A DNA stretch of 54,628 nt, from IMG/VR virus record IMGVR_UViG_3300033076_001036, positions 1 through 54,628 of that record, one strand, 5' to 3'. Below, piece by piece: positions 54,159-54,628 of this stretch; position 1 is the first letter of the stretch; the number at the start of each line of letters is the position of its first letter. The stretch comes from a virus. Taxonomy: Duplodnaviria > Caudoviricetes. The notes beneath the pieces are model-generated. The model had not been told where the DNA came from and ran no database searches. It worked only from the letters and a program-made list of their open reading frames with translations. The translations under genes were made by a program, and so were the position numbers.

Positions 54159-54306
54159 GGCACTGGAAAAGGCAATCAAGGAACTTGAGGAAGCGCGACT
54201 GGAGCGGGAGACCTATGACTCTTTCCCGAGCAGCAAGAGACTACGCGACGCCGTCACCGACGTTGGAATCGAGTTCACTAAGCTGAAGAGGGAGCTTTCA
54301 AAATGA
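54136..54306 (+). CDS. 56-aa coiled-coil protein (not in ORF track)
   Basis: GGAGG RBS; ATGA overlap. Confidence 0.6.
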   Translation: MNDVKAIEALEKAIKELEEARLERETYDSFPSSKRLRDAVTDVGIEFTKLKRELSK

Positions 54307-54458
54307 CTCTGATAGTTTGGGAGTTCAGGTATTTTGACTGGAAGGGTAACCCGACAGTTGCATCATCTGCGAACGAGGAATCAGCAAGGTTGTTCTGTTA
54401 TTCTTTTGGTTACAAATACGAGAGCGGAGATTGGACAGAAGTGGAGATTCCTGGATGA
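54303..54458 (+). CDS. 51-aa protein, paralog of 47159..47350 (not in ORF track)
   Basis: MTLIVWEFRYFDWKGNPTVASSANEESARLFCYSFGYKYESGDWTEVEIPG. Confidence 0.6.
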   Translation: MTLIVWEFRYFDWKGNPTVASSANEESARLFCYSFGYKYESGDWTEVEIPG

Positions 54459-54628
54459 CCGAATCAGAAGCGCGCGAAGCTAGCAACGAAAATCTTCTAA
54501 ACAGGTATCATTTGGTAATGCAGAGGATCAACATCAACGTTGACTTGATACTGCTTCCTATTCAAGGTGCTAGGATTTTGAGCGATGTTAGAATGAACTC
54601 TTTTTCAGAACTTGGAGTTTTAGAAAAC
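54455..54628 (+). CDS. hypothetical protein (3' end truncated)
   Basis: ATGA overlap; open to the window end. Confidence 0.5.
   Translation, partial: MTESEAREASNENLLNRYHLVMQRININVDLILLPIQGARILSDVRMNSFSELGVLEN

Overview
This window is a large part of a dsDNA tailed phage genome with a contractile, Mu-like tail. No integrase, repressor, polymerase, tRNA or CRISPR array is visible in it. It has three parts. (i) 1-4724 (+) is the end of a replication/modification arm: Cas4-like exonuclease, SNF2 helicase, DNA methyltransferase, MazG-like protein, lysozyme-like protein and a Cys-rich sigma70-region-4-like protein. (ii) 4705-46319 (-) is one long leftward arm: beta clamp, terminase, portal, head, neck, sheath/tube, tape measure, baseplate, fibres/spike, amidase endolysin, a nucleotide-enzyme/Ntn-peptidase cluster and an accessory repeat-fibre module. 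An antisense metalloprotease lipoprotein gene sits inside it. (iii) 46720-54628 (+) is an array of small early-type genes. The two Cys-rich sigma4-like paralogs resemble, from memory, a family typical of Myxococcota; that host assignment is an inference. The main new signals are: a non-canonical promoter motif, (C)ATAAM-N16-TARRRT, at the head of five late modules, mostly giving leaderless mRNAs and plausibly read with a phage sigma4-like factor; a two-tier hairpin with a 20-nt anti-Shine-Dalgarno-like loop beside that factor's gene; and a module built on a 21-aa repeat shared between two proteins, a possible scaffolded fibre. All functional calls come from motif recognition by eye; no database searches were run.
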